DNA of 64,000 nt. Origin: Promethearchaeota archaeon. GTDB lineage: Archaea > Asgardarchaeota > Lokiarchaeia > Sigyniarchaeales > SOKP01. The notes below the pieces were generated by a model, which worked only from the letters and a program-made list of their open reading frames with translations, had not been told where the DNA came from and did not search any database. The stretch covers positions 32,001 to 96,000 of the forward strand of contig JBHLNF010000004.1 in the NCBI GenBank assembly GCA_048937405.1. Direction: 5' to 3'. Positions within the stretch are counted from its first letter, which is position 1. Each line of letters opens with the position of its first letter. Below are positions 29,672 through 40,959 of this stretch, in pieces. The translations under genes and the position numbers were made by a program.

Positions 29672-31393
29672 CTATAAGTAATTCTTTTTAACTTCTTGTA
29701 TAACTAAATTAATTAAATCCTTTGGGTTTCCGATTCCATAGAAGGTAACTTTATCAAGTAAATTCTTAAATTTGTCTATTGGAATTTTTTTTGACCCAAT
29801 AAAGAAGCCTACAATTTTATGCCCCTTTTGAGCTAAGTCTATCATAACTTTTTTAGCCTTACTCCAATTATAAATGCCAAAATCCGTAATAATAAAAACA
29901 AGCACATTTCTATCTGCTTTTCCACATTGATTGGCAATTTGTTTTATTGGTAGGAACGTGCCCCCTCCTTGATATCTAAGTAATGTTTGTTCAGCTTTTT
30001 TATAATCAGAAGTCCATTGACAAATATCTGCTCTATTTGAAAAATTTATTATACTAAATTTTGCACCTTTACTTGCAGCAAAATGTAGAGAAGCAAATGC
30101 AGCTATTAAAGCTGTATGATAAGGACCTTTACCACGAGTAGATCTAGATGTATAATTCCAACCCATAGAACCTGAAGAGTCTAAAACAACTAAAAGATCA
30201 GGAATCTGTTTTTCTACTAAGTGCCCAGTTCCTTCTCTAAAAACCCATTTTCTTGTTGTAATATTCGGAATCATTACCGGGCTATTTAATAGACTCTGAA
30301 CTACATCTAATTCTTCGATTCTATCTCCAATTCGCCACATCTCAGGATAAACAGGCAATTGTCCTCCTCGTTTTTCTTCAAATATCTTTATTTCGATTAA
30401 GTTTTTTGCGGATCCCCTATACCATGTCGCTAGGGCATTTCCATCAATTAAGATCCCTGCTTGCCTGGCAGGTCCACCAAATTCTGAGTATTGAATATCT
30501 TTCGCAAATTCTTCTGATTTTTGTCTTAAGTCATCTTCATTACCTTCTTTTAATTTATCAGCATTTTTATTTTCTAAAGGGTTATCCATTACTTCTAAAA
30601 CATCTTTAGGAACTTCTATAAAAACTCCACTAGGACCTTTTCTCCTTTCTTTATTTTTGTTCAATTTTACTCCAGTACCTATTAACGTGAAAGTCTCTTG
30701 AATTAAATTGTTCAAATATTTAGCAATTAGAGATACTTTTTTTTCCCATGTTGACTCATTTTCGAAATCCTTTAGAATCATTTTAGTTACTTTTTCCGCT
30801 AAAGTATCCATTTCTGTTAGAGATTCATCATTTAATACATCTTCCTTCCATAATTTCTCATACGCTCGAAATAGGAATTTTGTCAAATTACTAATTGAAC
30901 CTTTACTTTTAAGATGCTTATAGGTTACCTCCATCTCCCATTTGATGAGACTTGGATATTTTTGATATAACTTTGTGTCTATTATAAGATCAGCAAAAAT
31001 ATTTACGATTATAGGTGCAAAATTCTGGTTTACATGAAGCATCGCAGCTCTAAGTAACTTTGCATTAATTAATCCATCGTACGGTATTATCTGATAATGA
31101 GAGATTTCATGAAGCGATATAATATGAAAATAATCTATATATTCATCATCATCTTTGAATAATGGCGTATTGGCTAAGTTCATTGTAATCTGCCATCTAT
31201 GTTCGGGATCAATATAAAATCCTTCTAAATGTGTATAATCAAATACATAATTAGGGTCATTTAAAGGAGGAAAATAAAATTCAGTAAGAGCTTTATTAAA
31301 TGCGATCTTCGCTAATTCAATGATCTTTAACTCATTTTCTGTAATTTCTTTTTTACTAGTTTTACTTTTTCCTCTTCTACTTGATTGTACCAT
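29672..31393 (-). CDS. VWA (MIDAS) protein with N-terminal HEXXH zincin-like domain
   Basis: LHEISH; MIDAS DSSGS...GGT...ITD. Confidence 0.88.
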   Translation of the reverse strand: MVQSSRRGKSKTSKKEITENELKIIELAKIAFNKALTEFYFPPLNDPNYVFDYTHLEGFYIDPEHRWQITMNLANTPLFKDDDEYIDYFHIISLHEISHYQIIPYDGLINAKLLRAAMLHVNQNFAPIIVNIFADLIIDTKLYQKYPSLIKWEMEVTYKHLKSKGSISNLTKFLFRAYEKLWKEDVLNDESLTEMDTLAEKVTKMILKDFENESTWEKKVSLIAKYLNNLIQETFTLIGTGVKLNKNKERRKGPSGVFIEVPKDVLEVMDNPLENKNADKLKEGNEDDLRQKSEEFAKDIQYSEFGGPARQAGILIDGNALATWYRGSAKNLIEIKIFEEKRGGQLPVYPEMWRIGDRIEELDVVQSLLNSPVMIPNITTRKWVFREGTGHLVEKQIPDLLVVLDSSGSMGWNYTSRSTRGKGPYHTALIAAFASLHFAASKGAKFSIINFSNRADICQWTSDYKKAEQTLLRYQGGGTFLPIKQIANQCGKADRNVLVFIITDFGIYNWSKAKKVMIDLAQKGHKIVGFFIGSKKIPIDKFKNLLDKVTFYGIGNPKDLINLVIQEVKKNYL

Positions 31394-31409
31394 TTTGATC
31401 TAAAACAAT

Positions 31410-33137
31410 TTATTCTTCTTTCTGAATATAACCTAAATTATTCATTATATTTCTCAGTTTTAAAGCTTCAGAACCTCCTGAGACCTGAATATTCACTAAT
31501 GAATCATCATTAGTACCAGTTACATTTATTTCTATTAAAAGATCTTCCTTTCGGATTTGTTTTGTTTGTCTTTGACTGAAAGCCTCCTTTATTGGTTGAT
31601 CTAATTCAGAAAACTCTGCTGCAATATCCGCCCATAATTCCTTCCAATAAGAAAATTTGAATACATAATCAGTAACAGTTTGTTTAAATAATTCACGATT
31701 TATCCATTCTATTAGGTCTCCTCTATTAGGAAAATCAATTTCTTCCATAAGGTTATTTCTGATTTCAGCTAATTTAGTAATATCACCTTTTTTGGACGCC
31801 TCTTGAATTTGTTGAGCTAATGGAGGATATCTTTTATTGTTAATTGAATTTACAAACGGAATTAAATCATATTTTACAATTAAATCATTTTTTTCGAATT
31901 TTTTCAATTCTATTAAGTCATTATCCTTAGGATTTCCCTCCCGAAATCTTTCTGTAATGAAATAACAGGTTTCACGGTTTTTAAATCTTTTTGAAATTTT
32001 ATTCAAAAAAATCTTGGAAAATTCATATTTATTTCCGAAATATGGTGCTTTGTCTAATTCTCTTTTCACATATATCGTTCTATGCGATATTACATAAGGA
32101 GCAATTGTATTAACAATATGAATATCAACTTTATTAAAACCTAATAACCATGTTAAAGCCTTGGAATATCTTAATAGATCCTTGGCAACTCTCACACTTA
32201 AAATCGAATCAATTTTATTACAAACATTTTGAGCCGTATTAAAATGACATCCTGAACATAACCCTGTACTGGGTTTTAAGTCTTCTGTATTCCCTTTATC
32301 AACACGATCACATAAGGTAAATTCTCTCACTATAGCATGTATATAGTTATTAACTTCAGAGGGGAAAGTAATTTTATTAATATAAAAATGAATTTCCATT
32401 AACTCATCTATATTTAAAACTTTAGGTACTTGGATTAATTCATCATAACCACTATATTTTTCATCTTTCCCAGTTAAAATTAGTCGCAAATCATGACTTC
32501 CAGGCATTGAAATAGGCACAGAGATTCCAAATCTGTCTAAAAATGGTTGAGATAATTCAAAAGTACCAATATCATGAGGATTTATTGTGGCAAACAGACA
32601 GTATTTATTTATAGTAGTAATTGTGTCATAATATTTAACAGTACCTTCTGCAAGCAAAGAGAGTAATATATCTTGAGCATATGGAGTTAGACGGTTTACT
32701 TCATCGATTATTTTCCAAAAGTTAGTAACAAATTGACGCCATACAACTTCTTCTTCTCCTTCCTTCATTAGTTTCCCAAGTTTTAAGGTACCTATAAGTT
32801 TCTCTTCAGTTAATTGTGGATGTCCTCTTATAATTGAGTTCTCAATTTCATTAAGGGAATTGGAAGTAAACATCCGACCAAGATATTTACAGATTGAGGT
32901 TTTCCCCCCACCATGACCACCGATCAACAACATCGCAGAATTAGGAACTAGGGCATTTAAAACATTTAAAGTCAAAATTTCGGGCAAATTTTTCGGTTCA
33001 ATCTTCTTATTTTTTTCATTATAGTATTTTATTTCTAAGTTCTTGGAATGGACGAATAACTGATTTGCTTGTATCAAATTAATGATTTTCCAGACCTTTT
33101 TTCTAAGTGAATCTTCTTCTTCTAATTTTGTCGACAT
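31410..33137 (-). CDS. MoxR-family AAA+ ATPase
   Basis: Walker A GGHGGGKT, Walker B IIDEVNR, ATINP, FLDRF. Confidence 0.9.
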   Translation of the reverse strand: MSTKLEEEDSLRKKVWKIINLIQANQLFVHSKNLEIKYYNEKNKKIEPKNLPEILTLNVLNALVPNSAMLLIGGHGGGKTSICKYLGRMFTSNSLNEIENSIIRGHPQLTEEKLIGTLKLGKLMKEGEEEVVWRQFVTNFWKIIDEVNRLTPYAQDILLSLLAEGTVKYYDTITTINKYCLFATINPHDIGTFELSQPFLDRFGISVPISMPGSHDLRLILTGKDEKYSGYDELIQVPKVLNIDELMEIHFYINKITFPSEVNNYIHAIVREFTLCDRVDKGNTEDLKPSTGLCSGCHFNTAQNVCNKIDSILSVRVAKDLLRYSKALTWLLGFNKVDIHIVNTIAPYVISHRTIYVKRELDKAPYFGNKYEFSKIFLNKISKRFKNRETCYFITERFREGNPKDNDLIELKKFEKNDLIVKYDLIPFVNSINNKRYPPLAQQIQEASKKGDITKLAEIRNNLMEEIDFPNRGDLIEWINRELFKQTVTDYVFKFSYWKELWADIAAEFSELDQPIKEAFSQRQTKQIRKEDLLIEINVTGTNDDSLVNIQVSGGSEALKLRNIMNNLGYIQKEE

Positions 33138-33380
33138 ATGGAGGATTCTCTTTAGATTTTCAATATTAAATAAAAGTTAGTTTGGAAATTTATTTTTAAC
33201 TCTTAATACATTAAGATTTATAAAAAATCCTGAATGTATTATTTTTTTATTACTTAAATATTTTCGATGTTTAAACGAGAATTAAACAAATTTTTCACTC
33301 GATAAAAATTAGTTATTCAGATTCTTTATACCCTCTAAAATTTTGATTTTTTTTATCGTAATAATTTTACAAATTTCTAA

Positions 33381-34154
33381 TTAGGTTTTTTGAGCGTAAA
33401 CAATTGAAGAACCCCCAAAAATATCGATTTTTTTCTCATATTCTTTTAAAACCTTATTAATAACACCTGATTTTATATCTTTTCGTAATTTTTCGCATCC
33501 AGCTTCTATTTGATCCTCTGTTAATAGTGCGAACATCGAATCTCCATCGCGGAAATTCTTATCTAAATATTTTTCTGGTCTCTGATTCAAAATTACTGAA
33601 TCTTTATAGCATACTTTTACTCCTATATTTAAAAATCCAATCTTTTTAAGTAGCAGAGTTAATTCATTTGTATCAAGAAATCGTTTTAATTCCCATTTTA
33701 AACCCTCTGGAAAATAATAAGTATACCAATATGTTTTGATTTGATTATGAGAACATGTATGTATTGCTATAAAACCTTTTTTACGAAGAATACGATAGGC
33801 TTCTTTTAAAAAGACAAATTTATCTCTAATATGATGAATAACTTGAATGGCATATAATCCATCAAAAAGATCTGAACAGAAAGGAAGATTTATGATATTA
33901 CCATTAATAAATTCTAAATTAGGAAACTTAGACACAGCTTTCTTAATCATAGCCAAAGAAAGATCTATACCAATAACATTTTTTGTAAACTGTTTTAGAC
34001 CAGCAGTATAATTTCCGGTACCACATCCCATATCTAAAACTAACGAATTAGAATCTATGTAGGTTAATTTTATTAAAGCATCTAACGTCTTATCATTAAT
34101 ACCTCTACTTAAATCGTAAATTTGGCTAAGTTTATCGTATTTTATTTCTCTCAT
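33381..34154 (-). CDS. class I SAM-dependent methyltransferase
   Basis: VLDMGCGTG, GIDLS, LPF...FD, RILRKKG. Confidence 0.88.
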   Translation of the reverse strand: MREIKYDKLSQIYDLSRGINDKTLDALIKLTYIDSNSLVLDMGCGTGNYTAGLKQFTKNVIGIDLSLAMIKKAVSKFPNLEFINGNIINLPFCSDLFDGLYAIQVIHHIRDKFVFLKEAYRILRKKGFIAIHTCSHNQIKTYWYTYYFPEGLKWELKRFLDTNELTLLLKKIGFLNIGVKVCYKDSVILNQRPEKYLDKNFRDGDSMFALLTEDQIEAGCEKLRKDIKSGVINKVLKEYEKKIDIFGGSSIVYAQKT

Positions 34155-34229
34155 TAATATTCTAAATAAAATTTAACTAGTTTACAAATTTTTCGAATAA
34201 AAAACTATAAAAACAGAAATTCTATTTGT

Positions 34230-34916
34230 TTATAAATCTATTAATTCAGTTAAACTCTCTATAACATAATCTGGTTGAAATTCCCACTGGTCATAGGGTT
34301 TTGTTTCAATTTTAAATTGTCTTTTAATTAGGCATGATGAAATATTTGCTTTTTTTGCAGCTATTATATCGACAATTGAATCCCCAATCATTAAGGCTTT
34401 AGAATTCTTAGGATTATAATTGAACTTTCTTAAAATTGAAAAAATACCTTTAGGAGATGGTTTTGCAAAACTTTCATTAATTCCAGGACCCATACTAAAG
34501 ATGTCATGAAAAAAATCGATTATGTTAAATTTTTTTAAGATATAGTCTACAACATAACCGGTTGTATTAGTTAAAATAGCAAGTCTATTAGATTTTTTAT
34601 AAATCTCTTGGAGTATTTCAATAACATCATTAAATAATCCTATTTTGTTTTGTTTAATTAGGACTTTTCGTTGCTCAAAATCAATTTTATCATATATTTT
34701 CCAAAAATTACGTGGTTCAAGAATACCCCACTTATTCAATATCTTTATAAATTCATTTCCTGCTAACCAAAATTTTAGTCTTTCTTCTCTATTTGGTATT
34801 TTAGGAGCATTCAATGTAAGTAAAGTAAGTGTAAAAATTTTTTCTGCATAAGCACGAATATTTCCCAGATCTAATAAAGTTCCATCTAAATCAAAAATAT
34901 AAAATTTAAAGGTCAT
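34230..34916 (-). CDS. HAD-family hydrolase (phosphoglycolate phosphatase-like)
   Basis: FDLDGTL, LTN, KPSP, IGDSIVD. Confidence 0.9.
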   Translation of the reverse strand: MTFKFYIFDLDGTLLDLGNIRAYAEKIFTLTLLTLNAPKIPNREERLKFWLAGNEFIKILNKWGILEPRNFWKIYDKIDFEQRKVLIKQNKIGLFNDVIEILQEIYKKSNRLAILTNTTGYVVDYILKKFNIIDFFHDIFSMGPGINESFAKPSPKGIFSILRKFNYNPKNSKALMIGDSIVDIIAAKKANISSCLIKRQFKIETKPYDQWEFQPDYVIESLTELIDL

Positions 34917-34943
34917 TTTCTTACTAAAAAAATGAAAAATTAT

Positions 34944-35297
34944 TTAAAAATAGCCTATATGCCCTAAATTCTTCTTGTTCTCATCTAAAGCGTATACCAA
35001 TCCCATCGATAAAGGTTCTTCATCTTTATTTTTAGTAGATTTAGCTACTTTTTTTATAGTATCTAATTTTAAAATGAAAATACCATTACATTTTTTGCAT
35101 TTAATGTATATTTCTTTTGTTTGTATCTTATCATCTTCATATTCTTCTTTCTTAAAAGCTTTTAATAATTCACCATTCTCATTATCACAATTTGGCAAAA
35201 AACATTGATCTAAAGAGATCTTTTCCATACCTCGTCTAGCTAAAGCAATATATGCATAACTTGGAATTTCAAGCTTAAAATCTTCCTTATTTTCCAT
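34944..35297 (-). CDS. hypothetical Zn-binding protein
   Basis: CFLPNC and CKKC pairs. Confidence 0.65.
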   Translation of the reverse strand: MENKEDFKLEIPSYAYIALARRGMEKISLDQCFLPNCDNENGELLKAFKKEEYEDDKIQTKEIYIKCKKCNGIFILKLDTIKKVAKSTKNKDEEPLSMGLVYALDENKKNLGHIGYF

Positions 35298-35418
35298 AAT
35301 TAAATAAGAAATAACTATTACTTAATACTTATCATTATTTTTTAAAGCATTTTAGAAATTTTAAGTATGGTAGTTAATCTTAATTATTATTTAGTATTAT
35401 TATTTATTGAACGAAGAT

Positions 35419-35724
35419 ATGTCAGATAAGGAAGAATTCTCAAAGGAGACTATTGATCATATTTCAAAGTTAGCTTTATTAGATTTATCAGAAGATGAAA
35501 AGGAAAAATTATCTCAAGAATTAGGAGATATTTTAAATTATTTTAAAAAACTCGATGATTTAGATACTAGTAATGTCAAACCCACTACACATCCAATAGA
35601 GGGTTTGAAAAATGTTTTTCGTGAAGATATTCCTAGAAAATCATTAACAATTGAAGAAGCTTTGAAAAATGCAAAACATAAAAAAGATGGATATTTTAAA
35701 GCTCCAAGAATACTGAAAGAATAA
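35419..35724 (+). CDS. gatC: Asp/Glu-tRNA amidotransferase subunit C
   Basis: HISKLALL, DTSNVKP, NVFRED, GYFKAPRI. Confidence 0.92.
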   Translation: MSDKEEFSKETIDHISKLALLDLSEDEKEKLSQELGDILNYFKKLDDLDTSNVKPTTHPIEGLKNVFREDIPRKSLTIEEALKNAKHKKDGYFKAPRILKE

Positions 35725-35731
35725 TAACAGT

Positions 35732-36742
35732 CTATTTTTTATATTCTTCAGTTAATTCTCTTATTGCTTGAGCCATGTCTTTGAGTGCCTTTCTTCTTTC
35801 TTTTGAGGTCATATCATAGAAATCGTCTTCTAAGTCAGATCCTACTTTTTGTGTAGTTGCCATGTCTCTATATTTTGTGTATACTAAACTTGTTATATAT
35901 TTATCGTACCTTTCTAAAGCTCTATTTAACTTGGGATCATCTTTAATTTCGTTCCAAAGTTGTAAAGTTTCTAAAGATCTAAGCCCTAAATCTATTCTAA
36001 ACCAACTTATTGGAAACAATAATTCTCGCTGAATTCCCATTTCAATGATAGCTAGATTATCCTCATCAATATATAGTTCTGGAATTTCATCTTCCCTATA
36101 TACTATGTTATCACTCATTATATAAAGATTTGCTGCACCTCGCGATGTGCAAACAATTCCCGTTGCAAAGCCTTTGGCCATCCTTAAAGTATCAGCTAAA
36201 TCTTCCAGTTTATTTCCTCTAATATGGAGCTTATGTTTTTTAGTTCCTTGAATTTCAACATAAATTGTTTTCGTACCTTTTGAATCAGAAAGGATTTTCG
36301 GAAATAAATCTTTATCCCGTGTTCTTTTATGAGCTTCTAAAAGTTTATTTATAATTTCATAATCTAATTTTAATCCAGGTATTACTGTGTTTTGATTAAG
36401 AAACGCATCTACTTCAAAATCAGCAATTCCGTAAAATAATTTTCCATTATTAATAATGTTATAAATTGTTTCTTCAATAGTTTTAATTAAAGCTTTAGGA
36501 TCTTCTCGAATAGAATCATATTCTTTTGTAGTAAATGTATCTATTTGGTCAGTTAGCCCTTCTTCTTGATAAAAAGCACCCCAGCTTAATTCAGTAAAAA
36601 TTATACTCTCTGAATATAAATTGTGGTGCGAATCAAAACTTAAAATGGTTTTAGTGCCACCTAATTCAACACCCAATTTAGATCCCGAGGCTAAAATCGT
36701 TGAAGGAGGATTAAAAAATGTGATTGGCAACGATAAAAACAC
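35732..36742 (-). CDS. hypothetical protein
   Basis: 336-aa ORF with host-like composition; no motif recognised. Confidence 0.7.
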   Translation of the reverse strand: MFLSLPITFFNPPSTILASGSKLGVELGGTKTILSFDSHHNLYSESIIFTELSWGAFYQEEGLTDQIDTFTTKEYDSIREDPKALIKTIEETIYNIINNGKLFYGIADFEVDAFLNQNTVIPGLKLDYEIINKLLEAHKRTRDKDLFPKILSDSKGTKTIYVEIQGTKKHKLHIRGNKLEDLADTLRMAKGFATGIVCTSRGAANLYIMSDNIVYREDEIPELYIDEDNLAIIEMGIQRELLFPISWFRIDLGLRSLETLQLWNEIKDDPKLNRALERYDKYITSLVYTKYRDMATTQKVGSDLEDDFYDMTSKERRKALKDMAQAIRELTEEYKK

Positions 36743-36867
36743 TTAATTCTAATTTAATTTTCTTATATCCAAGTAAACTTTTTGAACTAATTCTAATAAT
36801 TAAAGATAAAAAACATATTTATAATTAGTGAAACAAATAGGGATTATACAATTTCAATTTTAAATTT

Positions 36868-38391
36868 TCAAATTTCAAATTTAGGGTTTGAATTTTTACG
36901 ATATTCTGCATAACGACATAAAATGCTTAAGCATTTAGTTATATTATCCCACATACTAAATATAGGAATGTTGTGTTCTACAAATTTTTGCATCCAGCGA
37001 TATCTATAAGGAAATGGTCCAGCAAAAAATAACGGTTTTGAATATTTTCTCAGAAATCTTTTTACAGATTTTGAAATAATATTTTCAAAGATCTCATCTC
37101 TATTTTTCATGGTTTCATCTAATTCCATACCTGATTTTTCAATTATATCAAGTATATCATCAAAATCATAGACTCCAAAAACTAGAACTGCATCAACTTC
37201 GTTAGATTTCAGTAATAATTTTGGAAATTTTATAAACATGTTCATAAAGTTATTGTGAAAAGTAATATCAATAGGATTCACTGAACTTGCAGTTTTAGGA
37301 ATATCCTTTTTAATTATTGATTGTAATTCTTGTGAAAATTCAGGTACCTCCAATCCATATAGTTCAGAAGATTTAGTCATCATGGCACCAGGACCTCCAG
37401 AATCTGTTATAATTCCGACTCTATTCCCTTTTGGAAAGATGTTGTATGATTGAGCTTGTGACAAAGTTCTAAGATAAAACAAAAAATCCATAATTGAATT
37501 TGTCGAAATAATCCCTGTTTCTTTAAATACAGCTTCATAAATTTTATTGTCAGAACTAATTGATCCTGTATGACTCATTATAGATCTTGCTGCAGCTTTT
37601 GTACCTCCAGCATAAATTGCAACAATCGGCTTTTTGGGAGTAATTTTCCTCGATAATTTAATGAAATCCTTTCCACGTTTGATTTCTTCAATATAAAGCC
37701 CTATAACCTCTGTTTGAGGATCATTTTTAAAATACTGTAAGACATCAACTAAATCTATGTTTCTTTCATTCCCTACTGAAATAGATTTTCCTACTTTAAT
37801 TCCTAGATCATTTGTATAAAAAGCAGTTTGAGCCGCAACTGTACCTGATTGACTTATTAAGGAAATATTTCCTCGTTTATGAGGAAGATAAATCCAGAAA
37901 GTGTTAAAATAATTATCTTTTCTATTAGGATAACCATACCATCCATTATATATACCCAGACAGTTAGGTCCAATGAACCTCATTTTATATTTCTTAGCTA
38001 TTTTGTCAATTTGTTTAGATAATTCTATTCCATCAGCTCCAATTTCTCGAAATCCACCTGATGTAATAATCAAATGTTTTACACCTTTTTGACCACATTC
38101 TTCCATAACTTGGGGTACTATTCTAGTTGGCAATATAATAAATGCTAGGTCTGGTATAATTGGGATATCAAAAATAGTTTTATAAGCTTGAATTCCTTGC
38201 ACTTTTTCTAATCTTGGATGCACAGGGAATATATTTCCATTAAGTCCACCACCAGCAATAATATTTCTTAGTTGCATTGACCCCATTGTTGTCATAAGAT
38301 TATTATTAGCACCAAAAACACAAATACTCTTAGGATTAAGAATTTTTTCAAGAAAATGATCTTTAAGAGATTCTGACTTACTCTCACTCAT
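36868..38391 (-). CDS. ADP-forming acyl/acetyl-CoA synthetase alpha subunit (CoA-binding)
   Basis: GPNCLG, SQSG, SHTG phospho-His, NPID. Confidence 0.88.
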   Translation of the reverse strand: MSESKSESLKDHFLEKILNPKSICVFGANNNLMTTMGSMQLRNIIAGGGLNGNIFPVHPRLEKVQGIQAYKTIFDIPIIPDLAFIILPTRIVPQVMEECGQKGVKHLIITSGGFREIGADGIELSKQIDKIAKKYKMRFIGPNCLGIYNGWYGYPNRKDNYFNTFWIYLPHKRGNISLISQSGTVAAQTAFYTNDLGIKVGKSISVGNERNIDLVDVLQYFKNDPQTEVIGLYIEEIKRGKDFIKLSRKITPKKPIVAIYAGGTKAAARSIMSHTGSISSDNKIYEAVFKETGIISTNSIMDFLFYLRTLSQAQSYNIFPKGNRVGIITDSGGPGAMMTKSSELYGLEVPEFSQELQSIIKKDIPKTASSVNPIDITFHNNFMNMFIKFPKLLLKSNEVDAVLVFGVYDFDDILDIIEKSGMELDETMKNRDEIFENIISKSVKRFLRKYSKPLFFAGPFPYRYRWMQKFVEHNIPIFSMWDNITKCLSILCRYAEYRKNSNPKFEI

Positions 38392-38460
38392 AGGATATTT
38401 TGAACCATATTTTTAACAAAGAAAATTAATAAAAGAACAAAAATATTATGAATGAAAAAT

Positions 38461-38682
38461 TTATGAAAGTTCTTCATCTCTTAGTAATTCAATTTCGGCA
38501 GAAAAACCAGGAATCATACCTTCATAATCAACATATGTTTTTTCCTTCAATTTCTTTAAAACCAGTCTTACACCTTCAAATTTCTCCTCACATAGAGCTT
38601 GTAATTCTTTGTAATTAATTTTACCACCATGTTCTTTTATCTTTTCAATGATAAATATTTCTTCTTGAGATAAATCTGACAT
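38461..38682 (-). CDS. small winged-helix protein
   Basis: LSQEEIFIIEKIKEHGGKINYKEL...LKKLKEKTYV. Confidence 0.7.
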   Translation of the reverse strand: MSDLSQEEIFIIEKIKEHGGKINYKELQALCEEKFEGVRLVLKKLKEKTYVDYEGMIPGFSAEIELLRDEELS

Positions 38683-38705
38683 AATAAAATTTTTCATTTT
38701 TTAAC

Positions 38706-38942
38706 TTATATAAATTTGTATTCAATTTTTCCCTGTACTCCCAAATCCCCCTTGTCCACGTTCTGATCCAGTAAATTATCCGTTTCAACGAATTTATAAT
38801 TATATAATTTAGATAAAATAATTTGACAGATTCTTTCACCTTTTTTCAATGTAACTTCTTTATTTGAAAGGTTTACTACAATTGCCATCCATTCATTTCT
38901 ATAACCTGTATCATTCATATTAGGAGAATTCACAATTGATAT
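38706..38942 (-). pseudogene. dUTPase 3' fragment with frameshift
   Basis: SIVNSPNMNDTGYRNEW...GERICQ; motif V (SERGQGGFGSTGK) lies in another frame near 38730-38765. Confidence 0.85.
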
Positions 38943-39218
38943 ATTATTCTATAAAAAGATGTAGTTTAAATATAATCTTTTGAAGATTGCTTTAATTAAA
39001 TAGAAAATTATTGGTAACACCTCACTTTTTCGCTTTCTTTGATAATCCATCAATTTGTACAGATTTATACATGATCATTACATCTATGAAAAATCAATGT
39101 ACTTTCTTAATTTATATGAGTTATACTCCACTTAGATAGTTATGATCGCCTATTTTTGTGAAAGAGATTTTCTTAGCTTTATCGCATTATTATATAAAAA
39201 AATGATTCCAATTATGAT

Positions 39219-40808
39219 ATGACTAAAAAATATTGTAAAAAAGCCCAACAAGAAGATAAAGTTAAAAATGTTCCATTAAAATTCAGAGAACCGAATAGGA
39301 TAGCTATTAAATTCATTTGGACTGAAATCGATAATTTCATAATCCTGGAAAGAGAAAAATTTGACAAAAAATTGAAATATTTAGAAGAAATTAAAGGATA
39401 TTATCTTCTGAAAAAAATTGTGATAAAATATTTAGATAGTATTAATTTAATTAGTGAAAATTTAAACTCTAGAAGTAAAATATTAATAGAACGTTCAATA
39501 GTGATGATATATTTATTAAGAGCCAAAAATCCTCCTTCAGATCGACAAATTGCACTTAAAGCAGGCTATAGACAAAGAGCATCTATTATTAAAAAGATAA
39601 AAATTCATTTAGGGATTTTAGAAGAAACTATAACTAACCATATTTGGATGGAAATTGATAATTTTATAACTCAAGAAAGAGAGATGCTTTATAGAAAATT
39701 AGGACATTTAGAAGAGAACGAAAAATATCACCTTATAAAGCAGATAATTATGAAATACTTAATTAATAAAACAAATTTAGTAGATAGAAATCTTTCCCTA
39801 ACCAAGAGAACATCCATAGAGCGAGTTATAGTGATAATTTACTTATTAAGATCTAAAAACTCTCTAAGATTTACTGACATAATGATAAAGTCAGGACATA
39901 AAGATGAAAAACTGATAAGAGATATTGCTAATTATTTTGGAATACATACTCAATTAGAAATTGATTATATAAATCAGACGAGAGTGTGTGCTAGATGTAA
40001 AAAGATGCTTAGTTTTGATAATTTTAATATTTATAATGGAAAAATAAGATCTATGTGTATAAAATGTGATAATATACGAGATGGAATAAACCGATTTCAA
40101 AAAAAATTATTAGCAACAATTTTTATCACATTAAAACACGAAAAAGGGATGACCGTCAAAGAATTCCTTCTGAGAGTGAATCGAGGTGAAAAATTCGATA
40201 TTGAAATTAAATGTCCAGAATGTGGACTTGATTTGTATTTCTTGCCTTCCTATGTTTTTCATCATCCTAATCCTGCACTAAAAACTATTTCCTGGAAAAT
40301 GTTAGCAGTTAAAAAAGTTGAAGACATTATCAGTAATTTAGATGAAGAACAATGTGTTTTTATATGTGGTAATTGTCATAGATTAAAAAAGTCAAAATTT
40401 ATTACGGAACATTTAGATGAAATTTTAACTGAGAATATTGATTGGAAGCATTATAATGACAATGAAAAAAAAAATCTTCGACGTTTAATTAGAAAGAAAA
40501 AGATTTTTGAAGATTTGTATAATGGTGTTTGTTTTTATTGTAAGAAACTAATGGTTGATAAACTTGCTATAATTGATTTTCATCATACTATTGAAGAACT
40601 TAAGGAATATAGTTGGAGTAAAGATCTTAGGGATAATGAAGATATCGAGTATGTTAAAAGGATATTATTAAAAGAAAAACAAGTAGGGGTTTGTCATAAT
40701 TGCCATTACATGGAAACTGCTATATATTTCAATAACAATAAGTATGAGATATTTAGTAAATACTTATCAGATAATATAGTAAATAAACTTAGATTAGAGA
40801 ATAAATGA
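39219..40808 (+). CDS. double-HNH endonuclease-like protein with N-terminal tandem helical repeats
   Basis: Two CxxC...FHH...CxNCH units; Zn finger CARC...CIKC; two ~109-aa repeats starting IW[TM]EIDNFI. Confidence 0.8.
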   Translation: MTKKYCKKAQQEDKVKNVPLKFREPNRIAIKFIWTEIDNFIILEREKFDKKLKYLEEIKGYYLLKKIVIKYLDSINLISENLNSRSKILIERSIVMIYLLRAKNPPSDRQIALKAGYRQRASIIKKIKIHLGILEETITNHIWMEIDNFITQEREMLYRKLGHLEENEKYHLIKQIIMKYLINKTNLVDRNLSLTKRTSIERVIVIIYLLRSKNSLRFTDIMIKSGHKDEKLIRDIANYFGIHTQLEIDYINQTRVCARCKKMLSFDNFNIYNGKIRSMCIKCDNIRDGINRFQKKLLATIFITLKHEKGMTVKEFLLRVNRGEKFDIEIKCPECGLDLYFLPSYVFHHPNPALKTISWKMLAVKKVEDIISNLDEEQCVFICGNCHRLKKSKFITEHLDEILTENIDWKHYNDNEKKNLRRLIRKKKIFEDLYNGVCFYCKKLMVDKLAIIDFHHTIEELKEYSWSKDLRDNEDIEYVKRILLKEKQVGVCHNCHYMETAIYFNNNKYEIFSKYLSDNIVNKLRLENK

Positions 40809-40959
40809 GACATTTTTTATTAACCATGAAAAGAATAAATGTTAGGGGAATTATTTAAAACTAGAACTCAGAAATTGATCTATTCCCACCATTTTCTGTA
40901 TCTAATTAAAAAATTATTCTAACGAATCAGATTATTTTTTGAAAGAAGAAAAAGGATTA

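Noticed and set aside
39022-39078. 18-aa minus-strand ORF MIMYKSVQIDGLSKKAKK resembling the dodecin N-terminus
   Set aside because: Too short to distinguish from chance; may be the tail of a lost gene.
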